A DNA stretch of 64,000 bases from an uncultured delta proteobacterium (lineage in GTDB: Bacteria; Myxococcota_A; UBA9160; SZUA-336): the NCBI GenBank assembly GCA_963707945.1, contig CAVPRM010000002.1, positions 378,862 through 442,861 on the forward strand, given 5' to 3'. Position numbers and translations under genes: made by a program. This document shows, piece by piece, positions 54,701 through 64,000 of the stretch. Positions within the stretch are counted from its first letter, which is position 1. Each line of letters opens with the position of its first letter. The notes under the pieces were generated by a model. That model ran no database searches and was not told the DNA's origin. It was given only the letters and a program-made list of their open reading frames with translations.

Positions 54701-57248
54701 TCAGTTCAGCTCCGTCGCGGCGGGACAGGTCTGGCCGTGCGCGGCCACCGCGCCGGCGAGCCGCTTGCTCATGCGCGCCCAGGACACTATCGAGCACTCA
54801 CCGGTGTCGGACGGCGACACGCAGCGCCGGTTCGCCGCGCCGGAGAGCGCCGGGCCGCTCTTCGCGAGCGCCGCGCGCAGCGGTGCCAGGTCGCTCGAAG
54901 TGAGGCTGCCATCGCCGTTCACGTCGCCGCACTGGCACGCGTCGCCGTTGCCATCGCCGTTGGAGTCGGTCTGCGTTTGGTTCGCGATCCGCGGACAGTT
55001 GTCGGCGGTGTCGGCGCGCGTGTCCTCGTCGGAGTCGAGCGTCGCCAGGCCGGTGCGAATCCAGGTGTCGAAGACCGGCACGGCGGTCGGGTCGGGCACG
55101 AGGCTGTAGTCGGGCATGCGGATGGTCGCGTCGGTCGACTGCTGGCGGTGCCAGAGCACGCTCTGCTCGGGCACGCCCACGCGGATGCGCTGCGGTGTGG
55201 GCAGGCCCAGCCCGCCCTCGGTCGGGGCGACGCCGATCGCGTTCAGCTCCGCGAGCGTGCGCGTGCTGCGCAGGTCCATCCCACCGGGCGCCGGGGCCGA
55301 GGGCTGGTGGCAGCTCGCGCAGTTCGCGCCCAGGTAGGAGCGCGCGCGCGACGCGACCGTGCGCCCGGTGTCGCCGACGGCGGCCCAGGCACCGTACGCC
55401 GACGCCACCTGCGGGTCGCGGTCGAACATTCCCATGCAAGTCCAGGCGTGGAGCTGGTTGTCCGCGCCGCTCGCATAGGTGAAGTTTCGGTTGAGCTGCA
55501 GGGCGCGCGGGCCGAGCACGCGTTGCTCGGGCTGGCTGTGGCAGAGCGCGCACTGGGACGGGCTCGGGTAGTTCCAGGTCTGCTGGGTCGGCGTGCCGCC
55601 GACGTCGACCGTGAACACGTCGCTCGCGGCGTCGGTCAGGAGCGCAGCGTCGGTCTGGGCCGTGTTCCAGCGGTAGGTGAAGGCCGCCCAGCGCTCGAGC
55701 TGGCGCAGCAGGATGCGCGTCTCGACGTGACGCGTCGTCGTGGGTGTCGCCTGCAGGTCGAGCTGCTGCACGAGCACCGTCCCGAGCGGGAAGTCGAACC
55801 CGCCGCTGGCCTTGAAGTGCGCCTTCTGTCCGGACGGCAGCGCGACCCAGCGGCGCATCAGCGCGCGGTCGGCCCACTGCGGAGTGTTCACCGCGTACTC
55901 GACCAGGCCCGCGGCCGGCGTGAGCGCGGCCGTGTTGGAGAAGAGCCCGGTCGCCGAGAGCGCGCTCGGGAACTGCGACGGGGCCGGCGCCGCTCAAGTT
56001 GAACTTGTAGATGGCCCCGTCGAACGACGTGACGTAGAGCTCGCCGTCGCGATCCTCCCCGAACGAGGACGGGTTCGTCATGGTCGCGACCAGGGGCGGC
56101 GTCGCCGGCAGCGCGCCGTTCCAGACCCAAACGTGCCCTACCTCGAAGTCGGCGTAGAAGTAGGCGCCGTACAGGCTGGGCAGGCGGTCGCCGCGGTAGG
56201 CGTAGCCGCCAGTCACCGCGAAGCCGCCCGTGGTCGGGTTGTGGGTGTACTCGATCTGCGGCTTGCGCGACGGATGGGTGGCGCACGTGCCCGCGTAGTC
56301 GTGGGTTCCCTCGCACACGTTCCAGCCGAGATTGAAGCCGCCCGCCGGCGGTGCGGCGCGCTCAGCGGACGGGATGAAATTGACCTCTTCCCACAGCTCC
56401 TGGCCGACGTCGCCGACGTACAGGTCGCCGGTCAGGCGGTCGAACGTGAACCGCCAGGGGTTGCGCACGCCGCGCGCCCACCACTCCGGCGCGCCGCCAC
56501 CGCCCGCGTACGGGTTGCCCGGCGGGATCTTGTAGTTGCGCCGCGCGTCAGCCGGGAATGCGTCGCCGGACGGGTCGATGCGCAGGAGCTTTCCGAGCAA
56601 CGCGTTGATGTTCTGGCCGTTGCCGTTCGGGTCGCCGGCGCTGCCGCCGTCGCCCGCTGCGATCCAAAGCATGCCGTCGGGACCGAACGTCATCATGCCG
56701 CCGTTGTGGTTCACGAACGGCTGCGCGTACTCGAGGATCTGGAAGGCGCTCGCCTCGTCGGCGTCGTTGGGCGTCGCGGCCGGCACCGTGTAGCGGACGA
56801 TCTTCGTGCACATGCCGCTCCCGCCTGGCACGGCGCGCCGCTGGCGGTGTAGTTCACGTAGAAGAAGTGGTTCGTCGCGAAGTTCGGGTCGAAGGCGAGC
56901 CCGAGCAGACCCATCTCATCCTGGGAGTCGTCGACGACCGTGGTCAGGTCGAGGAAGACCGACGTCGTGGCCACTGCCGGGTTGTTGTCGAACACGTGGA
57001 TCTTCCCGGCCTGCTCGATCACGAACAGGCGGTTCGTGCCGTCCGGGGCATAGGTCAGGAAGAGCGGGCGCGTGAAGGCCGGCAGGTTGGGGAACGCATC
57101 GACGGGAGTCAGCAGCTGCGTGACGGGCGGAGAGTCGAGCGGGAACGTATGTCCGGCGAAGGGCGGGCGCGCGGGCTGCGTGCAGGTCTGGGCGCGCGCG
57201 AAGGACGCGCAGACAAGGACCGTCAGCGCCGCAAGAATCCGAAGCATG
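54701..57248 (-). pseudogene. Large secreted multi-domain protein: PQQ-dependent sugar dehydrogenase beta-propeller, di-haem cytochrome-c-like domain (2 x CXXCH), thrombospondin type-3 Ca-binding repeats; 2 frameshifts (~55975, ~56830)
   Basis: Signal peptide MLRILAALTVLVCASFARAQ. GSDH-type motifs ...NHNGGMMTFGPDGMLWIAAGDGGSAGDP... CALCH and CASCH haem sites. DSDGDGNGDACQCGDVNGDG. Three collinear ORF pieces (56711..57313, 54798..56831, 54701..55891). Confidence 0.75.
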
Positions 57249-57330
57249 TAACACTCCTGCGCGCCCCGCCTCGGGCTGCACGGTAGCACAGCGCGCGACG
57301 TGAGCGGGCTCACCGTCGGTGCTATAGGCT

Positions 57331-58116
57331 GTGCTCGTCGTGGACGTAGCTCGATGCGCCGTTCCAGCCTGGCTTGCGCCCTTCGCGTTGGGCGAGATGA
57401 CCGGCTACGTCGCGCGCTCGGCGCAGCCCTTGCGCGAGATCCGGACGCCGTTCGGCGGGCTGCCGCTGATCGTCTCGTTCGGTCCGAGGATCCACGTGAG
57501 CGGGCTCGGCGGAGTCGGAGGCGGCAGCTTCCGCTCCTTCATCGCGGGTCTGCAGGAGAGTTGGGTCTTCACCGAGTTCGTCGGCGAGTCCGCCGGGATG
57601 CAGCTCAACCTGAGTCCGCTCGGCGCGTACGCGCTGCTGCGGCGGCCGCTGCACGAGATCGCGAACCGCACCGTCGCGCTCGAGGACCTGCTCGGCACCG
57701 ATGGAGGGCGGCTGGGGGATCGTCTCGGCGCGGCGGCGAGCTGGGAGGAGCGCTTCGCGCTTTTCCAGGGCGCGCTTCGCGAGCGCCTCGCGCGCGCGGA
57801 GCCGGCTTCGGAGGCGATCGCCTGGGCCTGGCGGCGGCTCGAGTCCACGGCCGGTCGAGTCCGGATAGCCGCGCTGGCCGACACCATCGGCTGTAGCCGC
57901 AAGCACCTGGTCGCGCAGTTCCGCGAGCAGATCGGGCTCCCGCCCAAGACGGTTGCGCGCGTCCTGCGCTTCGAGCGGGCGCGCCGCCTGTTGCGCCGGC
58001 CCGACGCGAAGCCCGGCGACGTCGCGCTCGCCTGCGGCTACTACGACCAGCCGCACCTCAATCGCGAGTTCCGCGAGCTCGCGGGCGCGGCCCCCGGCCA
58101 GCTCGGGCGCCGGTAA
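57331..58116 (+). CDS. AraC-family transcriptional regulator
   Basis: C-terminal HTH ...ALACGYYDQPHLNREFRELAGAAPGQ. ~260 aa; the start may be at 57397. Confidence 0.75.
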   Translation: MLVVDVARCAVPAWLAPFALGEMTGYVARSAQPLREIRTPFGGLPLIVSFGPRIHVSGLGGVGGGSFRSFIAGLQESWVFTEFVGESAGMQLNLSPLGAYALLRRPLHEIANRTVALEDLLGTDGGRLGDRLGAAASWEERFALFQGALRERLARAEPASEAIAWAWRRLESTAGRVRIAALADTIGCSRKHLVAQFREQIGLPPKTVARVLRFERARRLLRRPDAKPGDVALACGYYDQPHLNREFRELAGAAPGQLGRR

Positions 58117-58161
58117 CATTCGTCCAATCCGCTGCCCTGCGCGGCCGGTAGACTCGGTCGC

Positions 58162-59001
58162 ATGACACCCAAGCTGTTCCCCTTCATCCGCTTCGACGAC
58201 GCGCCGGCCGCCATCGACTGGCTGTGCGCGGCCTTCGGCTTCGAGAAGCGCTTCGTCGCCCCGGGCCGCGAGCCGGGCACGATCGACCACGCCCAGCTCG
58301 GGCTCGGCCCCGAGGTGATCCTGGTGGCCAGCGCGCGCGGCGCGGCGCGCGGCGTGCGCGGCTCCGAGACCGAGCCGCGCCAGGGCCTCTACGTGTACGT
58401 GTCCGACGTCGAGGCTCATCTCGCGCGCGCGAAGTCGCACGGAGCGACGGTCACGCAGCCGCTCCGGCACCTGGACTACGGCTCATACGAGTACAGCGCG
58501 CTCGACTGCGAGGGCCACGCCTGGAGCTTCGGCACCTATCGCGGCGAGCACGGGGCGATCGACCGGCTCGACTTCAGGCAGATCGACCTCGTGGTGCGCG
58601 ACATGGACGCGACGGTCGCGTTCTACCGCGCGCTGGGCGTGGAGATCCCGGAGTCGGCGCTCTGGAGAACACCGAGCGGTGTCCACCACGTGGACATCAC
58701 CCTGCCCGGCGGCCTGGTCGTGCACTTCGACAGCCCCGCCCTCGCCGCCGTCTACAACCGCGGCTGGCGCGAGCCCTCCGGCTCCGGCACGCGCATCGTG
58801 CTGACCTTCTCGGTCCGCTCCCGCGAAGAAGTGGATCGCCTCTACGGCGTGCTGACCGGCAAGGGCCACCCGAGCTCGCAGCCCCCGTTCGACGCGTTCT
58901 GGGGCGCGCGCTACGCGATCGTGGAGGATCCGGACGGCACCCACGTCGGGATCATGAGTCCGTCGGACCCGAAGAGACGGAGCCCGCCGCCGAACTTGTA
59001 G
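58162..59001 (+). CDS. VOC/glyoxalase-family protein (two glyoxalase-like domains)
   Basis: Tandem VOC domains (FIRFDDAPAAIDWL..., ...DLVVRDMDATVAFY...). 279 aa. Confidence 0.7.
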   Translation: MTPKLFPFIRFDDAPAAIDWLCAAFGFEKRFVAPGREPGTIDHAQLGLGPEVILVASARGAARGVRGSETEPRQGLYVYVSDVEAHLARAKSHGATVTQPLRHLDYGSYEYSALDCEGHAWSFGTYRGEHGAIDRLDFRQIDLVVRDMDATVAFYRALGVEIPESALWRTPSGVHHVDITLPGGLVVHFDSPALAAVYNRGWREPSGSGTRIVLTFSVRSREEVDRLYGVLTGKGHPSSQPPFDAFWGARYAIVEDPDGTHVGIMSPSDPKRRSPPPNL

Positions 59002-59016
59002 CCGCAAGGAGCGGAC

Positions 59017-59093
<77 letters not shown>

Positions 59094-59181
59094 TGCCGCG
59101 TACTCTAGCAATACGCCGCATCGTCCGGAAGCGTGGGCCCGTTGTCCGGCGCGGCCGAGCCGCGCGTCCGATAATCGCCCG

Positions 59182-59871
59182 ATGGAGACGTCGGATCCCA
59201 CCCTCGCCCGCACGGGAGCGCTGGCTTCGTTCGGCGTCGCCGCGGCGTATTTCGCCTCGGCGATCGCCGCGGGCCTGATGCCCGCCGAGCTACAGCGCCC
59301 GATGGAAGTGACGCCCCACGAGTTCTGGCTGGCGCTGTCGCGCGATCCCACGGCGCATCTCGCCTTCCACTGGGCGTGGATCGCGGCCGGGCTGTTCGGG
59401 ATCGGCGCGGTGCCGGCGATCTCCTCGCTCGTCTGGCGGGTGCACCGGGGTGCGGTGCTCTGGTCGGCGAGCGCGGCGCTGCTCGGCTTCGCGGTGCTCG
59501 CGCGCAGCCATTTGATGGAGGTCGCGTTCGACCGCAAGGTCATCCCCCTCTACGCGACTGCGGACCCCGCCTACCAGCAGGCCGTGCACGTCGCCGCGGG
59601 GCTCGCGCTCGACGTGCCCGACGGGGTGCTCACGTACGGCGCGATCGGGGTGTGGGTCCTCGTGGTCTCGGCGCTCGGCCTGCGCGGGCGCGCGCTGCCG
59701 CGCTGGCTCTGCGCGCTCGGCTTCGCGGCCGGCGCTCTCTCGCTCGCGGGGATGCTCGGCTACATGTTCAAGATCCCCGTGCTCGTCGTAGCGGCAGTGG
59801 GCGCCGGCGGGGCGATCGCCGCACCGGCCTGGTTCGCCTCGCTCGGCGCCCTGCTCTACCGCCGCGGCTAG
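59182..59871 (+). CDS. Hypothetical polytopic membrane protein (6 TM)
   Basis: 229 aa, hydrophobic helices throughout; no motif recognised. Confidence 0.45.
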   Translation: METSDPTLARTGALASFGVAAAYFASAIAAGLMPAELQRPMEVTPHEFWLALSRDPTAHLAFHWAWIAAGLFGIGAVPAISSLVWRVHRGAVLWSASAALLGFAVLARSHLMEVAFDRKVIPLYATADPAYQQAVHVAAGLALDVPDGVLTYGAIGVWVLVVSALGLRGRALPRWLCALGFAAGALSLAGMLGYMFKIPVLVVAAVGAGGAIAAPAWFASLGALLYRRG

Positions 59872-61680
59872 CCGGACATGTGCCGTCCTCCCGAGTGGAG
59901 CGGGAAGTCGGGATAGGCCAGCGCGCCCATCTCCGGGCCGTCCAGACCTTCGAGCTCGGTCTCCTTGTCTGACACGGAGCGGTGTGATCAGGTTCGAGAG
60001 CTTGAACCACACGTAGGCCATCGCGAAGCCGAAGACCGCCAACACGAGGCAGTCGATGCGCCTGCATCACGAGCTGCGACGGGGTCGCCGTACAGGAGCC
60101 CGCGCACGCCGTCCGAGCCGTAGGCCGTCGACGAAGCTCGTCGCGCACCACGCCGTTCCAGCCCGCGCCGTACTGGCCGGTCGCGAAGATGCCGACGGAC
60201 AGCACGCCCCACAGTCCGTTCACTCCGTGCACCGAGATCGCGCCGACCGGATCGTCGACGCCGCGGTTCTCGAAGAAGAACACGCTGTACACGACGAGCA
60301 CGCCCGCGATCGCGCCGATCACCGCCGCCGCCCACGGGTCGACGAAGGCGCACGGCGCCGTGATCGCGACCAGGCCTGCCAGCATGCCGTTGCACAGCAT
60401 GGTCGGGTCGGGCTTCAGGCCCTTGGACCAGAGCACGAGCATCGCCGCGATCGGTCCCATCGATGCTGGCGAGCATGGTGTTGACGACCACGAAGCTGAT
60501 GCGGAGGTCGGTGCCGGCCAGGGTCGAGCCCGGATTGAACCCGAACCAGCCGAACGCGAGGATGAACGTGCCGAGCACGACCATCGGCACGTTGTGGCCG
60601 GGCATCGCCTGCGGCTTGCCGTCGTGGTACTTGCCGATGCGCGGGCCGATCGACGAGCGCGCCTGCGAGCCCGATGATGCCGCCCATCCCGTGCACCACG
60701 CCCGAGCCGGCGAAGTCGACCGCGCCGTGGCCCAGGCCCCAGTTGATCCCGCCCTGCGCCAGGAAGCCGCCGCCCCAGACCCAGTTCGCGTACAGACAGT
60801 ACGGCAGCGCGATCCACAGCCCGTACAGGCAGAAGTTCTTCCACGACCAGCGCTCGGCCATCGCGCCGGTCGGGATGGTCGCGGTGGTGTCCATGAACAC
60901 CATCATGAAGAAGAAGATCGCGAGCACCGAGACGTCGGCCACGTCGGGGCCGAGGAAGAAGCCCTTCAGGCCGATCAGTCCGTACGTGAACACGCCCGTG
61001 GCGTTGCCCGCGGCGTCGACCGCCGCGCCGAGCCCCCAGCCGTGGTTCAGAGTCGCCAGGCCGGGCCCGAGCGACGCGTACCAGCCCGGCGGCACTGGCC
61101 CGTTCCACCAGTTGCCCCAGCCGATCGCGAAACCATAGACCCAGAAGCCGAGACACCCGAGCGGATAGATCATGAAGTTCATCGCCGAGGTGTGCGAGGC
61201 GTTCTTGGCCCGGCACAGCCCCGTCTCGACGAACATGAAGCCGGCCTGCATGAACATGACCAGGAAGCCGGTGATCAGCGCCCAGACCATGTTGATCGAG
61301 AACAGGTTGTGGGCGACCCGGTCGTACAGGTCGGCGACCGAGAGCGCGCCCGGGTCGTCACCCTTGCCGTCACCGGCCGGTGTCGCCCAGACGCCCGCCG
61401 CGCCGCCAGTCTGATCCGGCCAGGAAGGCTTTGCGGCGTCGGCATTGCTGCTCGTGAAGTAGGCGGGCAACGGCGCCGCGGCCACGGGTGGCGCCTCTGC
61501 GGGCGCCGCGTCAGCCGCCATTGGCGCATCCCCGGGGGGCGGCGCCTCTTCCGCCCTGGCCCAGCCTGCGGCGAGCCACAAACTCAGCGCGGCGAACGCG
61601 AGCCCGAGCGCGCTCCCGAAGGTGCGCCGCGCCCGCCGCGGGGCGTCTTCATCCGTTTGGTGTACCTCGATCTGCCTCAC
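59868..61680 (-). pseudogene. amt: Ammonium transporter (Amt/MEP family) with an N-terminal signal peptide and Pro/Ala-rich extension; at least 5 frameshifts in its C-terminal half
   Basis: Amt core ...GFLVMFMQAGFMFVETG..., ...[19 protein letters not shown]... The C-terminal half is split over frames ([29 protein letters not shown]; [38 protein letters not shown]; [15 protein letters not shown]; [20 protein letters not shown]; SDKETELEGLDGPEMGALAYPDF). Confidence 0.8.
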
Positions 61681-61698
61681 GACCCTCCCCTCGCGGGG

Positions 61699-61992
61699 TC
61701 AGAGAGCCTCCCAGCCCCGCTCATCGGTGCGAATACGAACGGCGTCCTCGACGGGCAGAACGAAGATCTGCCCGTCGCCGACTCTTCCGGTGCGCGTTGC
61801 GCGCAAGATCTCCTCGACCAGCGCCGGAGCGCGGCCGTCCTCGAGCACGATCTCGACCTTGAGCCGGAGCTCGGAGGGAAGCCGTGTATCGAGGACGTCG
61901 CTGATCGTCATGCCGTCGACACCGACGCGGGCCAGCAGGTTGCGAATCCGGTCCAGGCTTGCGCGACCGACGATCGCCTCGACCTTCCTCAA
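61699..61992 (-). CDS. glnK: P-II family nitrogen regulatory protein (GlnK-like) with a shortened T-loop
   Basis: TTG start after GGGAGG. KVEAIVGRASLDRIRNLLARVGVDGMTISDV...KVEIVLEDGRAPALVEEILRATRTGRVGDGQIFVLPVEDAVRIRTDE. Positioned directly upstream of amt. Confidence 0.75.
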   Translation of the reverse strand: MRKVEAIVGRASLDRIRNLLARVGVDGMTISDVLDTRLPSELRLKVEIVLEDGRAPALVEEILRATRTGRVGDGQIFVLPVEDAVRIRTDERGWEAL

Positions 61993-62030
61993 CCAGCCTC
62001 CCGATCGGCGGCGCCGACCCGGTTGCATGG

Positions 62031-62049
62031 AGAGCAACTCTCGCGCCAG
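62031..62049 (-). promoter_or_regulatory. Candidate sigma-54 (-24/-12) promoter upstream of glnK-amt
   Basis: The minus strand reads TGGCGCGAGAGTTGCT (GG-N10-GC spacing), ~40 nt upstream of the glnK TTG start. Confidence 0.5.
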
Positions 62050-62213
62050 CGCGCGGGCGCGCGGGACGGCTCGCTGCGACTCACTCCGCAGAGAGAGCGG
62101 ACAGAGTGCAGGCGACGCTGCCCACGGTCGGAGCAGCTCTGCCTCGGCGACGCCGTACTGTGTCGGTGTCGGTCAGCGGTCGCCGGACCGAGATGAACGG
62201 GCTCTAATCCCCG

Positions 62214-64000
62214 ATCTGGATCTCGTCGAACAGCGCGTCGAGGTCGTCGTCGTCGCTGTCCTTCTCGGCCGCAAAGGGCTTGGCCGGAGCCGGCTTCGCC
62301 GCCCCGGGTGCGGGTGCGGGCGCGGGTCGCGGGGCCGGAGTCGGCGGCGGAGTCGTGAGCGTTCGCGCCGCGGGCTTCGGAGCGAGTGCGGGAGCGTCGT
62401 CCACCTCGTCGACGAGGTTGCGCAGGTCGAAGCTGTCCTCGCCACTGGCCGGGATCGCGGGGCTCGGCTTCGCCGGGGTCGCCGGCTTCGCCGGAGCGGC
62501 AGGCTTCGCGGCGGCCACAGGCTTGGCCACCGGCGGCGTCGCGGCGCGCGGGGGCGTCGCCGGGCGAGCCGTCGTTGCGACGGGCGAGGCCCGGCGCAGC
62601 GGCGCGAGGTCGGCGTCGACCTCGGCGGCCGCGTCCTCGTCCTCGCGCACCAGCGAGCCGAACGTGAAGTCGGGCTCGTCGTCTTCCATCAGCGCGGGCT
62701 CGGGCTCCGCCTCGAGCGGGTCGGGCGCGCGCTTCACCGGGCGGACGGGAGTCGGCGGGAGCGTCTCTTCCGCGACCACTTCCTCGAGGTCGAGATCGAG
62801 CTCCGCGGCGCTCTGGACGTCCAGCAGCGACTCCTCGTTTTCGACACTGGCCGGTGTGGGCTCCGGCTCGACCGGCACGTCGTCGGGCATCGGCGAGAGC
62901 GGCCTCGAGCCAGTCGGGCGTCCCCTCGGCTGCGGCCGCGGGAGAGTCTTCGAGCTCGGGCTCGGGCTCGGCCGTCGGGGCGAGCTCGAACTCCGGCATC
63001 GACTCTTCCTCGGGCTCCGGCTCGGGCGCGCGCGGGGCCGGGCTCGGCTTCGCGAAGGGCATGGTCGCGAGCCCCGGCTCGGGGCGTGACGCGCGTGCGG
63101 GACGCGGCGGGAGCTTCACCTCGGTCGCCGCCAGCAGGTCGGGGCCGGGCGTGGCGGGAGGCGGAATGCTCGGCATGGTGTCGGTCTGCACGCGCACGAG
63201 TCCGAGGCTCTGCGCCGCCGCCTGCACCACCGGGCTGTCGACGGGCTTGGTCTCGGTGAGGAAGCCCTCGAAGAGCGAGTTGTCCGCCAGCGTATTCAGC
63301 ACGCGCGGCACGCCAGCGGACCACCGGAACAGCGCCTCGAGCGCGTCCGGCGCGAACACCGCGCTGTGGGCGCCGGCGAGCCGCAGCCGGTGCGACACGT
63401 AGGCCTGCGACTCGAGCCAGTCCATCGCCGTCATCTCGACCCGGATCTCGACTCGCTGCGCGAGCGGCTCGTCGAGCTTCAAAACCTCGTCGAGCTCGGG
63501 CAGGCCGAACAGCACCATCGACAGGAGCTTCTTGCCGCCGTGCAGCAGGTTCAGCAGCCCGCGGAACTCCTCCATCGCCTCGCGGTTGCGGAAGAGCTGC
63601 GCCTCGTCGATCAGCAGAACTGGCGCGCGCTTCGAGGTGACGATCGCGACGAGCTGCGTGTGGATCTGGTCGACGAGCTGGCCCACCTGCGGCGAGGGCA
63701 TCGGGACGCCGAAGGCGCGCGCCACGTTGGGCAGGAACCACGCCGAGGAGCAGGCCTCGTGCGGGATGGACAGGTAGTGCGCGACGTAGTCCTTGCCGTC
63801 GAGCTCGCGCAGGAGCATGTGGGCGAGCGTGGTCTTGCCCAGGCCCGGGCCGCCGACCAGCACGGACAGCGCCTTCCGCTGGTGGATCCCGCGCAGGAGC
63901 CGCAGGCGCGCGCGCTTTTGCGGCGCGCTCTCGTAGTAGAAGCGCGCGTCGGCGTCGTTCTGGAACGGATCCGCCGGCAGTTCGTAGAACTCGAGATGCT
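62214..64000 (-). pseudogene. GspA/ExeA-like AAA+ ATPase with a long acidic, Pro/Ala-rich C-terminal tail. The 5' end lies beyond the window edge. Frameshift at ~62895.
   Basis: ...HQRKALSVLVGGPGLGKTTL (Walker A)...VLLIDEAQ (Walker B), the AAA_22/ExeA architecture. After ...TPDWLEAALAD the frame shifts. The tail continues as MPDDVPVEPEP...AAKPAAPAKPATPAKP...DDDDLDALFDEIQIGD* in the ORF 62204..62890. Confidence 0.7.

Noticed and set aside
62050-62200. Search for NtrC-type enhancer sites (TGCACC-N5-GGTGCA) upstream of the candidate sigma-54 promoter
   Set aside because: Only a loose CACTC-N20-GAGTG symmetry was found, and nothing convincing. The sigma-54 call rests on the -24/-12 match alone.

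Overview
A 64-kb, ~70% GC chromosomal segment from a Gram-negative bacterium; the lptD, tamAB and lapAB genes establish the envelope type, and the phylum cannot be fixed from sequence alone. Most of the window is conserved housekeeping DNA. The left end holds mutS (partial), aroG, a glyoxalase-family gene, a DUF1329-like secreted protein, an acyl-CoA synthetase, two tandem DUF4097-like beta-repeat proteins, kup, and a PAS hybrid histidine kinase. A long minus-strand supraoperon follows, pheA-hisC-tyrA-rpsA-ihfB-hit-lapA-lapB, in which the rpsA leader is embedded in the tyrA 3' end. A complete trp operon, trpE-G-D-C-F-B-A plus a lipoprotein gene, sits immediately downstream of lptD, with start and stop codons overlapping at every junction. 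The centre contains Crp-like, TlpA-like, dtd, dcd, a phosphodiesterase, queG, trmL, a MaoC hotdog pair, rnhA, an SDR reductase, and a methyltransferase. An accessory-looking block follows: a TetR regulator with an unknown 334-aa protein, a HAD hydrolase, lipoproteins, an unknown 250-aa protein, a UbiA prenyltransferase, and tamA-tamB. The right end holds two crotonase genes, two AraC regulators, and a large secreted PQQ-dehydrogenase/cytochrome-c/TSP3 protein. It finishes with tRNA-Gly(CCC), glnK-amt behind a sigma-54 promoter, and the 3' part of a GspA/ExeA-like ATPase that runs off the window edge. No integrase, transposase, CRISPR array or toxin-antitoxin pair is visible. The dominant oddity is a large number of 1-bp indels that break otherwise well-conserved genes. 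They are sparse in most places but cluster at 3-620 (mutS), 37.0-39.7 kb (six adjacent genes), and 59.9-60.7 kb (amt). Most are an extra C or G in a homopolymer, so they look more like sequencing or assembly errors than real gene decay. Two hotspots contain lower-GC intergenic DNA, though, and could be genuinely decaying loci. Other points worth a second look are a terminator-like hairpin in the aroG leader, a ~75-bp intergenic repeat present twice, an autoregulatory TetR operator, an apparent trpF-trpB read-through, and a PII protein with a shortened T-loop.
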